Source: the human T2T-CHM13v2.0 reference genome, Homo sapiens. Taken from it: a stretch of DNA of 64,000 bases. A program made the position numbers and the translations under genes. Where the stretch lies: the NCBI RefSeq assembly GCF_009914755.1, contig NC_060928.1. One strand, 5' to 3'. This document shows positions 38,633 through 61,072 of this stretch, one piece after another. Each line of letters begins with the position of its first letter. Positions within the stretch are counted from its first letter, which is position 1. Below the pieces are notes generated by a model, which saw only the letters and a list, made by a program, of their open reading frames with translations, searched no databases and had not been told where the DNA came from.

Positions 38633-40609
38633 CATCTACTACTTAACTATCATCTGCAAAATAACAAAATTTAAGTCATGAAAACATAGTAAAAATTAAA
38701 GATGTGTCAATTGATTTGGATGCAAATGGTGAAATATATAAGGGTTAATATGAGAAGGAATTTCTCATTAGCAATTGAGATATTTCAAGGGTTTGCTGCA
38801 ATTGAGTTGTTCATAATTATGATATATTGCAGTATTGTTGGACAAAATCAGACTTGAAAGTTAATCAGGGAAATTGTGTCATATCTCGTGGGTAAAAGAG
38901 AGGAATACATTTGTCTGGATATCCAGGGTAGTGACAAGAACAAGAGTATGCCAATTAATCTCTGAAATATTATGAGGCACATAAGGAATACAGAAACAAA
39001 TGGGAGAAAAATTCATACTAAAATGTTTTGCAAGTAGAGTAGTTGGAGAGGAGTAAGCCTATATGGATTTATATGACATATATGCATAATATTGTAAGTA
39101 TTTCTCCAAAATCTAATACTTGATTAATACTACAGATTTTTAGAGTCAGTTTCAGTGATGTTTCTTCCATCATACGCATTATGATAGTGCTGTGTTATTC
39201 TCTGAAAACTGAATTTTATTTTAGCAATACGCTATTAGTTATTTGAAGTCAGTAGTTCATTTAGTAAGAGCCCCTTAATTACTGCTAAAAGTGCCTATGA
39301 ATTATTCTGCCCAAAACAAATGGCTGAAATGGTTATAAAGACATGAAAATATCTGTCATAGTCTTTAAGAATAAACTTATAATCAGTAATTTTTTATTAA
39401 AAATAAGGTTAAATTAAATAACATGTTAGATAATTTAATACCTTTATAAACATTGAAAAGTAGACTCAAGAATTGTTTACTCTTGAACCAAAACTTGGCT
39501 GCTCCAAACTTGGCTGTTTAACAGAAAGACCTAGTGGAGCCTGTAAAAATAGAATGCCTGCAATTGGTACAATCTGATTTAGAGTTTCAATAGGTGAAAT
39601 CCTGAAATATGTATGTTAAAGAAGCTTCTCAAGAGATTGTTATGTAAATAGAGACCTGCATTTGAAACTGCTGATACCAAATACAGTGGCAAGATGTACT
39701 CACTATATAATTTTTCAGTGAATATATAAATGAATTAATTGTTGTTTTTTAATTTATCATTTTCTAAGAATGTTAAAATATTTCCTAGAATTTAAGTATT
39801 TATAGGTCCATATAATCATTCATACATGGGTGAGCTACCTCTTAGAGCTGATGACTCTTAATGAAATGATGGATGAGATTCATAGTCTTTGAACTCGTCT
39901 TTATAGAAATATTATGCATTATTTTTTCTGAGATTAGATTCCATCTCATCATTGATGCAGCAAATATTTGACTACATATAAAGGGTTCCTTCAAAGGTTA
40001 AAAACTAATGCCGTAAGTATTTATATAGCCATTAATTTGCCAGTATACTGATCGTTATTCTAGACACACAACCAACATCATTTAAATTTTATGTACCCTT
40101 AGAATAAAAAAAAAATACAGTATGAGTAAGAAACAAGGTCAAATACTGCCATTTTCACATGTTACTTTACATATGTAATAGCCTTAGATGTCTGGTTTTT
40201 AATTTTTTTAATAGTGGAATTCGCGACAGAGATAGCTACCTTGAGATAATTTTATCAACCATCTGTGTGGCTCAATGGAGCACATTGCTAGAATTTACTT
40301 CTGACAAGTATGCAGGAGGGCCGTAATTTTTATGTCCTTGTAGTTCACATTACTTCACCCTGTTAGGTAGCAATACCTTGTGTGAGATTCAAAGTTGGTA
40401 AATCAACCACGCAAGGAGAGTATAGATTAAATTGAACAATGTCGCCCTAAAGGGAGATTAAAAGGCATCTTCTTCAAGACAGTGAAAAACATGAGGCTGG
40501 GAGATAAAGTTTACTTATATGGGAAATTGATGAAATTGTTCTGAAAAATCATGATGTAATTAAAATGCAATTGGAATGGCTATAAAAACTATTTAGGTAT
40601 GTAAAATAA

Positions 40610-41380
40610 TGGTTATTTAGGTACAATTTACAAATGGTAAAATTCATCCTTTTGCGTATATGATTCCATTGGCTTTGACCGTTTGTAACCACTGTCACTA
40701 TGAAGATATAGAACACTCCCCACAAATTTCATTATGCATCTTTATAGTCAGTTCATTCCAACAGCCAGTGCCTAGAAATTACTAACCTGAATTCTGTTCC
40801 TATGTTTTTGCCTTCTCCAGAATATAATATAAATGGAATCATAAAGTCTATAGTCTTATATGTCTGTTCCTTAATTTAACATAATAAATTTGAGATTTTG
40901 CCTTATTAAATATTATCAATATTTTGTTCCCTTTATTGCTGAACAGTATTGCATTGTACAGATGGGCCAAGGTATATTTATTCATTAAATAGTTAATGGA
41001 TATTTGGATATTTACCTTGTTTCCAGTTACTGCTATAAACATATCCATTCTCTTGGGTAGATGTCTGGAAGAACAATTTCTGGGTTCATATTACATTATG
41101 TACGTATATACATTTCATATATTATAAGCAAAGTATTAAACTGCTCTCCAAACGGTTGTACCATTTTGCATTCCTAGCAGCAATGTACGAGAGCGGTTCC
41201 TCATCTTCATCATCACCACTTGATACTGCAGTTTTTAAAAACCATTCTCATATATGTGTAATAAAATCTCATTTTGGTTTTTATTTAAATTTCCCTGATA
41301 AATAATGCTGCTCTTGCATGTGTTTGTTTATCATCTATATCTCTTTTATAGTGAATAATCCATTCAATGTTTACTTTTAG
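40610..41380 (-). mobile_element. Old L1M 3' region, interrupted by the L1PB and resuming at about 49200-49540
   Basis: Antisense L1M 3' UTR motifs ('tataaatggaatcata', 'ttgtaccattttgcattcctagcagcaatgt'). Confidence 0.75.
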
Positions 41381-49190
<7,810 letters not shown>

Positions 49191-49544
49191 AAAAAATGAC
49201 AATTTTTCATTTTTAATAAGGGTATTCTTCTCATTGTTGTTATTATTACTACTACTAAATCATGAGAGTTCTTTATGGATTCTAGATAGAATTCTTTTAA
49301 TAAATATATAATTTGCCAATACTTTCCCCAAGTCTGTATCTCATCTTTTTATTTTCTTTACAGTACCTTTTGAAGGCCAAATGATTATCATTTTTATAAA
49401 GTACAGTTATCAATTTGCTTTTATCATTTGTACTTTGTATGTTTTTAAAACTACTTACCTAATTCAAGCTCAGAAAGATTTCCTCTTATATCTTCTTCTA
49501 GAAGTTTTGCAGGTTTAAGGTTTAGTTCTACAGTCCAATTTATG

Positions 49545-50085
<541 letters not shown>

Positions 50086-50119
50086 TCTATTATATATAAT
50101 AAATAATAAAGATAGCACG

Positions 50120-50830
50120 TCATTTAAATTAAAAGTGAAAAGACACTAGAGAAAAATCAATGAAGCAAAAGCTGATTCTTTGAATAGATCAATACAATTT
50201 ATAATCTTTAGCCAAACTGATCACAATATGAAGAGACGATGCAAATGATTCAAAAATCGGGAAGGAAAGAGAGGACATCTTTAGATCCTATGGATGTTAA
50301 AGCAAACATTGGCAAATGTTTTCTAAAAACAGACCTAAAGTAAATATTTTAGACTTCAGGCCATACACAGTCTCTGTTGCATATTCTTGTAATTTTGTTT
50401 ATTTTTAGAACCCTCTAGAATGTAAAAGAATTTTTACCTCATTGAGCATGTAAAAACAGGTAGTGCGACTGATCTGGCCAACCCCACATTAAAAAGGTAA
50501 TAAAGAATAGTTATGAACAGATTTAGGCCAATAAATGTAGTAAAGTAAATAAAATGCAAAATGTCTTTGTGTTAGAAAAACAGCCAATGTTCATTCAAGA
50601 AGAAATCAATAATAGGATTGATTACATATCTATTACAAAGATGGAATTTATAGTTAACAACCTTCCAACAAAGAAAGCTTTATGCCCAGATGACATCACT
50701 GGCAAACACTAACAAACACTAAAGGAAGAAATAGCATCAGTGATACACAAATTCTTCCAGGAAATAGAATTTGGGAATTTCCAATTCATTTTATAGGAGA
50801 GAAAAAAAAAGGCCTACTGAACAGTATCCC
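50120..50830 (+). mobile_element. Old L1M ORF2 fragment(s)
   Basis: 'agagaaaaatcaatgaagcaaaagctgattctttgaatagatcaat', 'cccagatgacatcactggcaaac'. Confidence 0.7.
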
Positions 50831-50840
50831 TCAAGACTCT

Positions 50841-51035
50841 TGTATTAGTTTCCTCTGGCTGCTATAGCAAATTACCACAAACGTAATGGATTACAGCAAA
50901 AAAAATTCTTCTCACAGTACTTGAGGCCAGAAGTATAAAATCCATATCAACAGGCCTAAATCACGATGTTGGCAGAGCTGTACTATCTCTGGAAGTTTTA
51001 GGGGAAAAAACAAAAATTCATTCATTGCCTCTTCC
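50841..51035 (-). mobile_element. MLT1 (C/D/E-like) LTR fragment
   Basis: 'tgtattagtttcctctggctgctatagcaaattaccacaaac...ctcacagtacttgaggccagaagt'. Confidence 0.75.
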
Positions 51036-52506
51036 CAAAGGGTGAAGTCCTGTTAAGAGGAGCTTCCTAGTAAATGACTCTCATTTGTCTGGGGGTCCTC
51101 ACCTGTTCCACACTGACACATTACCCCGAAATTAGCCTTTAATTACTTCTTAAACTTGCAATCAATTTTTCCTTATTCAATTGTACGCTGATTTCCCTTT
51201 TCTTCTGTGCTTTGCTAAAAGTGAAATAATTCTTATGTCTCATCTGTCCTCTTTGGAAATCAGTTTACTTAGTTGCCTTGTAACCTTAACTCTCTGATAA
51301 GCTCAAGAAAAATACTGATTTTTAAATTATTCATTTTTTTAATTTTAGGATGGTGATGACATTATTCACAGCTTCTTACCTCCTAAGCAGAAACAAAAGT
51401 CTACACTTAGTTAAAAAAAAAAGTTGCTCTTTGTCACATGACCAAAGGGGGAAAAAAAACAGAAAAGAAGAAAAAATAATAATTGCACAATTTCTGAAAG
51501 GAAGAGATTAGTGTAATTATATTCCATTTGAAGAAGTAAAAATACCACATATTTTATGCAACTACATATTCAAAATTATTTAACATAATTCAATGGTGTA
51601 GTCTGAAAGTGAAGAACACCTATATACCTATCAAAATTTAAATTAATACAAATCTTATATAAGCGTCAAGAAAAACAAAGTTTATATTGAATACAAGTAA
51701 TTAAACTACATTTGTACTATTTTAATTATGTATATCCCTACTTTAAAAACACTGACAAATAAAAATCTATGATGGTTGAGCATCATCCAAGAGACTAAAA
51801 GATACGTTTATGCAACTGAAGTTATTTGGAAAACAGATGACAAATCAAATTAAGTAGCAAAATATGATAATGATCCCTGCAAAGCTCCCTGTGGAAAATA
51901 AACTGCTACTAACAAGTAGAAAAGAAAATTTGTTTTCTTTTAGAAATTATTAGGATGAGAAATGTTATTGAGAATATGTTTTACAGTTTAGATTCTCTGT
52001 TCTTGTACTTTTCTAGACAGGTAAGTATAAACAAATTGTTTAGCACCATAGAGTTCAAAATAATGATGTGTAAAATTGATAAAATACTTATTTCAAGTAT
52101 TAGTTGTTTGGTATGCAAGAACACTTTGCAATTTAAAACATGCTTTAAAATTGTAATTAAAAATAAGTAGAAATAAAAAATTAGTAATAAATATACATTT
52201 AAATATAAAATAGTAGTTTATCATCATAAAAAGTTGAGAATACCAACAATGAAGGAATTTATGAATTAGCATGCGCCTATTATATGCTACTCACACTCTT
52301 ATATACCTTATTTAAATTTTCCCATGTAAAACAAATGTGTAAGTTTATCTGTGTTTTAACAACAATTCCATTTTCTATTCTGTTATATTTCTGATATCTA
52401 CCTCCCCTGAAATTCAGAGACCTCCCACTATGTCTTCATCAAATTGCTGCACCTTCATAAATATAACCTAGAACTTAATTATCAGATTAGAAATATACCT
52501 TGTGCC

Positions 52507-52889
<383 letters not shown>

Positions 52890-54338
52890 CTATTAGAAAG
52901 GAGTCAAGAAAGCAAATTGTTCTATTCAATGAGAACGATAGAAAAGGAATACATACAGTCTTGTTGGGACAAGTATGTGTAGTCCAACCCTGTTCATCAA
53001 AGTTCAAAACTCCATATAAGTGTTTAGTGTCAAAGCCTTATACCAGGATTTCCCAAAATGTTTTACAAAAAAAATTAATTCTGTAAGATTTCCTTGATGT
53101 CAAAATTTATTGCAAAATAATTATTTAATTTAAATAAATATAAATATCCAAGGAGACTTAGATTTCTTTGCTATAGCAATTCTCAAAGCCTTGTGTGTTC
53201 TGTGAATCTCCAAGAAGTATAGATAATATTCAGTATTAGTTACAGAATCTCCATCTCCATTTCATTATTGTTGTTTTATTTGTTTTATTAGATATTTATT
53301 TTCTTAGATTATCTCACTTTTAAAACTCTACAGAACATGTTTTAGGAACAACTTTTTATTATGATGCTTTTATTACAATAAAAATGGACTTTGCTATCGT
53401 GTATTCTAGCCATGTCTTCTTCACAAACATGTAGTAGTTTGGAGACACTGGTTTAGCATTCATAGTTTGACTTATTAGTCAAATACCTTTTCATGTAGAG
53501 AGAAAAGCGTAAACTTCACAGTTGAGAGAGAAAATTGAGACATAGAAAATAAAACTGTGTCTAAATCACCAATTGAAAATTTCTGGAATATTATAAATAA
53601 AATAGTTGATATTATATTATTCTAAAATATTTGTATTTGCAAACTAAGTAATTAAAATTGAGAATATATCAGAAGAAAAAATAATAATCATTACCACTAA
53701 ATGAACAATTACTTTTTGGTAGAATCTGTGTCTTTTTGTAGATTTATTATTTTATTTATCCCAAGAAGAATTATTCCAGTTGAATGTATTATATCTATTT
53801 TATAGATAGAGTAATGAAGACTTAAATAAGCTAACTTGCTTGATATTGAAATCTCAGCACTTCCTAACTCTAATATCCTGCTGTTTTCCACTATACTTCA
53901 AAAAGATTTAAGCAGCTACTTAAAGCCAAGAGCATATTTGTTTCATTTAAGTAACATGATGCTCACAAAATATCAAAGAAGAAATTTGCAACTTGAATAC
54001 CAATGGAAAAAAATCATTGATTTCATTAATTACAAAGGAAATTTGGGACTTGAATAAACCAAATAAATAAAACTAATTACCCACCTAAATTTAAATATAT
54101 CCTCACAATGACTTTTATTTGTTCTTTCTAATTTAGTTATTAGATGCATGGCTTCTTTGACAAAACTTTTATGATTACAACTAATACTCAGGGCATTCAA
54201 ATATAGTAATGAAGAAGTCAGTCTCACAAACATCAGCTCAAGTGTCTTTATCATAATCTCTAAAGATAGTATAAGCTTACTCAAAGATTAGATGATCACT
54301 GTGTTATTGAGGTGAACATAATTTATCAGGTATGGAAA

Positions 54339-54456
54339 TACAGATTAAGCGTCTCTAATCCAAAAATCAAAACCCCAAAATGTTCCAAAACTTGAAACCT
54401 TTTGAGCTCTGACATGATGCCACAAGTAGAAAATTTCACCCATGACCTCATGTGAT
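54339..54456 (+). mobile_element. Tigger4/MER46-like DNA transposon fragment
   Basis: 'tacagattaagcgtctctaatccaaaaatc...aaatgttccaaaacttgaaaccttttgagc...gacctcatgtga'. Confidence 0.7.
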
Positions 54457-57453
54457 ACCCGGAGTGAACAAAACCTAGAATAATGGCCCTTTCTCAAATA
54501 ATTTTGCCTTAACAAACCTGAATTCTATTTGGGTATGCTGTACATCACAGCAGCATTTATCCAAGTATTTTTAACATTTACATTGACTCTCTGTCCCTAA
54601 ATGAACTGAGATTTTGGAGGGGAGAGAATTGTGTATTATTCATCTTCATGTCTCCAGTGCTTAACACTATGCATGGAATGCAGGAGAGGCTGAATATATT
54701 TGTTGACATAAAATGAATAAAGTCTGAATGAATAAAGACTAACAAAAATAAAAGCAATGTGTCATTCCATAATGAGGACCGGATCATGGATGAGAAATTG
54801 GTCTTAAATTGTGTCTTTGGAATTAATCAAAGGACGTTTTCAGGCTTGAGTACCCTCATTTGAAAATATAGAGATTGAACTACATCTATTGTTTGTAAAT
54901 ACTTAGTTTATTTTCCAAAGTTTTGTATGTCATATTTTAGTTATGGAGCCCTGTTCTCCAGTGAAAACTGACCACAAATCTCAATATAAACAATGGATAA
55001 AAATAGACCTGAACTGGGTGAACAAAGGCACAAGTTATGCAGCCTCATCTTCTTTCATTGTTGTTTCATCCTTTTTCTCACATGATCCAAAAACGACAAC
55101 CTCTTCTATGACATTTTGAAGGAACACAGTTTGAGAAACACTGCTCTAATATATGGTCTTAATCAATTAGTAGCCATAAAAATATACTATATATATAATT
55201 TGTGTTTAAGTAACAAAATATTTTACAGTTAACATACCATCACAATATCCTCCTAGCATGCCTGTCTTGGTGTGATTGAGCTATTGTTGGGGTTTTCTAT
55301 ATAAACTTATGTCTATCTAAAACAATTAAATTGACCAATAAAGTGTTAGGAATAAACAATTTTCTCAACTTATTTTTAAGCAAATTGCTCTTGTTCTTAC
55401 ATTGTTGTATAACTCCCTTTAGAGCACCTTATTTTTAATGCTTAATGTAGTTGCAGCTACTAAAGACATATAAAATAAGAAAGTTAATTAAATATTAAGG
55501 ATCCTCTCTCAAGTGTGATTCTTTTTAAATTCCATATTTTACTCTTCAGTTGCTTTGAAAAGACAATTTTAATCTAATTAAAATATTGCCATACTCATGC
55601 TGCCAGTAATAAACTTAATGAATGCAAAGGGAAGTCATAGGGTAACTATTTTATATTAAAAAAAATCATACTATTAAGAAAAATGATTTTTCATTTGCTA
55701 CAACAGGTTTATTTTTATTAAACATGGTATAAGTTGTGTTTTTCTTGATAATTATTTAGTATCCTTGGTTGAATATGATCATGCATATTTAGTTTCTCTC
55801 CATTAGTGCCCTTTATATTAATAGGGTGCACTGATGAATACATTTCAATACATTGTTTCATTTTTGTGGAAATGGAAAGCAAATATTCTTCCAAATGTAT
55901 TCACTACTAAAGAAATAAAGTCTCTGTTGTATATTTTAAATATACAATTTAAATCCAGCGTAGGTTTATACCATAAATTTGTAAATAATACCACTTATTT
56001 AGACTAAGATTTCCTATTTTTCTTTTGTACTTATATATTCTATTCACTAAGACAACATTTGTGTAAAATATTAAACCAGACTCAGTCCTAGCTTTCATAG
56101 AGCCTAGGTATAGAGTAAGAAGAAGCAAAACTTTGATTAATAATAGTACTTTAAGTTTCTTGAGTACTTAACTTGTGCCAGGCACTGTTTTAATGTTTTC
56201 AAGAATGTTAAACGGGAAGAAACATAGAAACAGAATGTTTCTATGTTAGGGACCTATTCCCAAGGGGTCCCTAAGCCTCTCTCACAATCAGAAAACTGAA
56301 GAAGCAGAAAGTGACCCCTGGAATTATTGGTCCCCAAAGCACACTGCTTTGCAGTAATAACCAGGAATCAAGAATCTTTTTCCACAATGTTGAACTCTGA
56401 GCCATATCACTAATTCCTCAGCAGGGGGAAAAATGTGTACACCTCTCACTCCATTTAGATCATTCTTAAATTCAAATGTCATAGTAATTCATCTGGTGGG
56501 CAAGGCTGAAATCAGATCTAGAATCTTAGCTCCAAGGAAATCTAGAAAATATAGTTTTAGCACACTAGAAGGGATTTGGAATAAGCCTCCAAATGGGCCA
56601 AACTGCAGTGTCCATAAAACCCAAATGCCACTTTTGTGTAAAAAGATTGTACATTATTTTACCTACTAAGATTGGATATTTTAAAGATTGGATCAAGACA
56701 GAGAACCCAGAAAACTATGCCTCCTCCAAGCCTATACATCATGAATTTTTGGAAATGCTATTTTTTGTTAAAAACAAAAACAAAACAAAGCAAAAACTGA
56801 AATAACCCTGGAAAACAAAAGTGAATCATGAATACAGCATAAATGTCTTAAAACTTTTGGAGATTGACAATCTTTGCAATCATGATTATGAAGAAACAAC
56901 ATAGAAGAAAAAACACTACAATGCAAAGCACATACCAGAGCAAGTTACTGCATTGATTATTATAATTTCAAAATATTCCAAAATTAGAGTCAAAAAATGA
57001 GAGATAAAAAGGGGCCCCTTAGTCAATTCTCAGGATCATTATTTTGTTAATAATACACCTTCCCCTGAATTAAATTTATTACAACAGCACAGCTGTCTAA
57101 ATAGGTATATTAGTATGTGTGTGTTGGAGCCTAAAATATTATAATATGTAGAAAAGGGCTTCTAGAAATTAGGACTCCCAAAATAGTTAATAGTCAATAC
57201 TACAAGAATAAAATCATCTTTATTTTGGCAATTAGGGGAGCACAAAACTGGGCTTCTTGCTCTCAAGCTATGTACTCCAAAGTGAAACTTGCCAAACAAC
57301 ATTTCACTCATTTACACAGAAAATGCAGACATCATTCTAGCCCCCCCCACTTCAATTATGGGATGAGATTTCTTTGAGGAATCAACTTATACCACTGCAA
57401 TGGAAACCTACATTAGGTAGCTATGTAAATCAATCTGCATTTTCCTTCAGTAC

Positions 57454-57886
57454 TGTGAAAGTTAATACTGGGTGCCAACTTGATTGGATTGAAGGATGCA
57501 AATTATTGATCCTGATTGTGTCTGTGAGGGTGTTGCCAAAAAAAGATTAACATTTGAGTCAGTGAGCTGGGGAAGGCAGACCCACCCTGAATCTCCTGGG
57601 TACCATCTAATCCGCTGCCAGTGAATATAATGCAGGCAGAAAAACATGAAAAGGTGAGACTGGACTAGCCTCCCAGCCTACATCTTTGTCCTGTGCTGGA
57701 TGCTTCCTGCCCTGGAACATCAGACTCCAAGTTCTTCAGCTTTGAGACTCAGCCTGGCTCTCCTTGCTCCTCAAGCTTGCAGACAGCCTATTGTGGGACC
57801 TTGTGATCCTGTGAGTTAATACTTATGAATATATATATATATATATATGATTAGTTCTGTCCCTTTAGTGAAGCCTGACTAATACG
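57454..57886 (+). mobile_element. MLT2A (MLT2A1-like) 5' LTR of HERV-L
   Basis: Direct repeat of 60282-60715. Followed by the PBS-like TGGTACCAGGAGTGGTTC at about 57892-57909. Confidence 0.92.
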
Positions 57887-60281
57887 GATTTTGGTACCAG
57901 GAGTGGTTCTAGTGGAACAGAATATTAAGGTTGGAGTTCTTTTGTTGGTTTTAGGGTTTCTGGAATTGGCTGCTTAATATGATTACACCCAAAAGTGCTA
58001 AAGGCTCTACTTACACTAGTATAGAGAACACTGATAGTCCTTGGCATGAACTGTTTAGAGAGTTATGCAAAATAAATGCAATTGACGCTGCTGATCCACC
58101 TGTCATGAAAGGCAAGGAGTTTAGTGACTCTGTACATAATACCTTTGACCATATGTGGAGAACCAAGGAACATAATGAAGCTGATTGGTTGCTCCTATGT
58201 TCAGTGGACAAAGTGATGAAAGAAAATGAAGAACTCATGGATTCTGTCTTCTAGCTTCAGAAGCTGATACTGAACCTCAAATCTGCTAAGATTGCCCTGA
58301 GTGAGAGTCTTATCTCCTGTGGAGAAAGAGTTGAAATTGTGGAAAAACAGACCCAAGCTCTTATCATGCAAGTGGCTGACCTGCAATGAAATGTAATGCA
58401 CAGCCTTGCCAGGTGTCTACTGTTAAAAAGAGGACATTGATTGGAAAAGAATGGGACCATGCAATTTGGAATGGGGAAGTGTTAGAGGACCCTGATGAAG
58501 CTGGGGACACTGAGCTTGTAAACACTGATGAATCTTTTTTTTTTTTCCAGAAGGAACAGTTTACCTGTCCCCAGTAGTGGCAACATCCCCTCCCTGACCC
58601 ATGCTGCCATCAGCCTTTCCATCTATATCTGAAAAGATAAACCCTGTGCTGCCTGAGGCAACAGTGATGGCCTCCCCTGAGGCAGTTGCTAGGCAAAATA
58701 ATGTTGATTCTCCTCAGGAGCCATCCCCAACACCCCTGTCATCACCCAATGGGCCCATGAACACTGTGTCCATGGTTGCAGGGATGGTGCTTATGCATGG
58801 GCTCAGTAACATGGACTTCCACTCACCAAGGCTGACCTTGCTAATGTCACTGCTGAGTGCCCAATTTGCCAGCAGCAGACACCAACACTGAGCCCTCGAT
58901 ATGGCACCATTCCTGGGGTGATCAACTAGCAGGTTGATTGTATTGGAACTCTTCCATCTTGGAAAGGGAGGAGGTTTATCATCACTGGAATAGACACTTA
59001 CTCCAGCTATGGGTTTGCCTATCCTGAATGCAATGTTTCTGCCAAGACTACCATCTGTGGACTCACTAAATGCCTTATCCACCATCATGGTATTCCACAC
59101 AGCGTTGCCTCTGACCAAGGCACTCACTTTACAGCTAAAGACGTGTGGCAGTGGGCTCACGCTCATGTAATTCGCTGATCCTACCATGTTTCTCATCATC
59201 CTGAAGCAGCTGGATTGATAGAATGGTGGAATGGCCTTTTGAAGTCACAATTACAACACCAACTGGGTGACATTACTTTGCAGGGCTGGGTCAAAGTTCT
59301 CCAGAAGGTCATGTATGCTCTGAATCAGCATCCAATATATGGTACTCTTTCTCCCATAGCCAGGATTCACAGGTCCAGTAGTCAAGGGGTGGAAGTGGAA
59401 GTGGCACCACTCACCATCACCCCTAGTGATCCACTAGCAAAATTTTTGCTTCCTGTTCCAATGACATGATGTTCTTCTGGTGTAGAGGTCTTAATTCCAG
59501 AGAAAGAAACACTGCCACCAGGAGAAACAACAATTCCATTAAACTGGAAGTTAAGATTGCCCCCTGGACACTTTGGGCTCCTCCTACCTTTAAGTCAACA
59601 GGCTAAGAAGGGAGTTACAGTGTTGGCTGGAGTGACCTACCTGGACTACCAAGATGAAATCAGTCTACTACTCCATAACCAAGGTAAGGAAGAGTATGCA
59701 TGGAATACAGGAGATCCAATAGGGCATCTCTTCACATTACCATACCCTGTGATTAGGGTCAGTGGGAAACTACCACATCCCAATCCAGGCAGGACTACAA
59801 ATGGTCCAGACCCTTCAGGAATGAAGGTTTGGGTGACTGCACCGGGAAAAAAAAAATCATGGCCTGCTGAGTTGCTTGCTGACTGCAAAGGGAGTACAGA
59901 AAGGGTAGTAGAAGGAGGTAATCATCAATACCAGCTACAACCAAGTGACCAGTTGCAGAAACCAGTACTGTAATTGTCATGAGTATTTCCTCCTTCTTTT
60001 GTTAAAAACGTGTTTGTGCATATATACACTTGTAGTAAGAAAATATCGTTATATTATTTCATTTTCCTTTATCATGTGATATAAGATTTATTGACTTCAT
60101 ATCAACATTTAAGTACTGTTAACTTTATGTAATAGTATTTTGTTTGGGGATTGGTGCATTTCTGGTTGTACAAAGGATAGTTGCGTTATGTTAGGTGTAA
60201 TTATGACCTTATTGTCTTTATTTGAAGATTATATATAATCTTAGGAGATGTGTATGGGTTCAAGTTGACAAGGGGTGGACT
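57887..60281 (+). pseudogene. HERV-L internal region: 5' gag, large deletion, then integrase and dUTPase remnants
   Basis: gag: ENTDSPWHELFRELCKINA. Integrase: WAHE..H..ECPICQQ, GIDTYS, SDQGTHF, IEWWNGLLK. dUTPase: PPGHFGLLLP..GVTVLAGV. PPT AAGGGGTGGAC at 60270-60280. Contains stops and frameshifts. Confidence 0.92.
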
Positions 60282-60715
60282 TGTGATGGTTAATATTGGG
60301 TGTCAACTTCATTGGATTGAAGGATGCAAAGTATTGATCCTGGGTGTATCTGTGAGGGTATTGCCTAAAAAGATAAACATTTGAGTCAGTGGGCGGAGAA
60401 AGGCAGACCCACCCTTAATCGGCTGGGCACCATCTAATCAGCTGCCAGTGAATATAAAGCGGGTGGAAAAATGTGAAAAGGAGAGATAGGCCTAGCCTCC
60501 CAGCCTACGTATTTCTCCCATGCTGGATGCTTCTTGCCCTTCAACATCAGACTGCAAGTTCTCCAGTTTTGAGACTCGGACTGGCTCTCCTTGATTTTCA
60601 AGGTTGTAGACAGCCTATTGTGGCACCTTGTGATCGTGTAAGTTAATACTTAATAAACTCCCACATAAGTATATATCCAATTAGTTCTGTCCCTCTAGAG
60701 AATCCTGAGTCAAAG
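60282..60715 (+). mobile_element. MLT2A 3' LTR of HERV-L
   Basis: Starts TGTGATGGTTAAT after the PPT. AATAAA at 60652-60657. Confidence 0.92.
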
Positions 60716-61020
60716 AAAATTGTACTAAAAATTCTCAGAGCAATTTTGAAAACAATTAATTCCTAAAAAAAGATAAAACACTGTCTTGAAAAAGGAAATA
60801 GTAATAAACAATATAGTACACTTATCATTTAAAAATATAAGGTATACACGCTTATTAGTCTGGAATTGACTAAAACTAACATTTATTATCTAACAGAAAA
60901 ATCAGAGAAATCTTCAAAAACCTAGAGGATTAATCTAAAAGAGATTTTTGGATATCTAATTAATGTGTTTTCCATAAGAACAAAGACAATTGAGGACAAG
61001 AAACATATGTTGTTTTTATT

Positions 61021-61039
61021 TATTGTTGTTGTTTAGCTT

Positions 61040-61050
<11 letters not shown>
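61021..61050 (+). repeat. (GT)15 microsatellite
   Basis: Seen directly. Confidence 0.95.

Positions 61051-61072
<22 letters not shown>

Noticed and set aside
40214-40600. Mildly CpG-rich patch with splice-like ends
   Set aside because: It has stops in all + frames and starts in MIR-like sequence. The 9-mers it shares with other CpG patches are at roughly chance level.
59215-59973. HERV-L integrase and dUTPase ORFs as functional or domesticated genes
   Set aside because: They are fragmentary, use non-ATG starts and have flanking in-frame stops.
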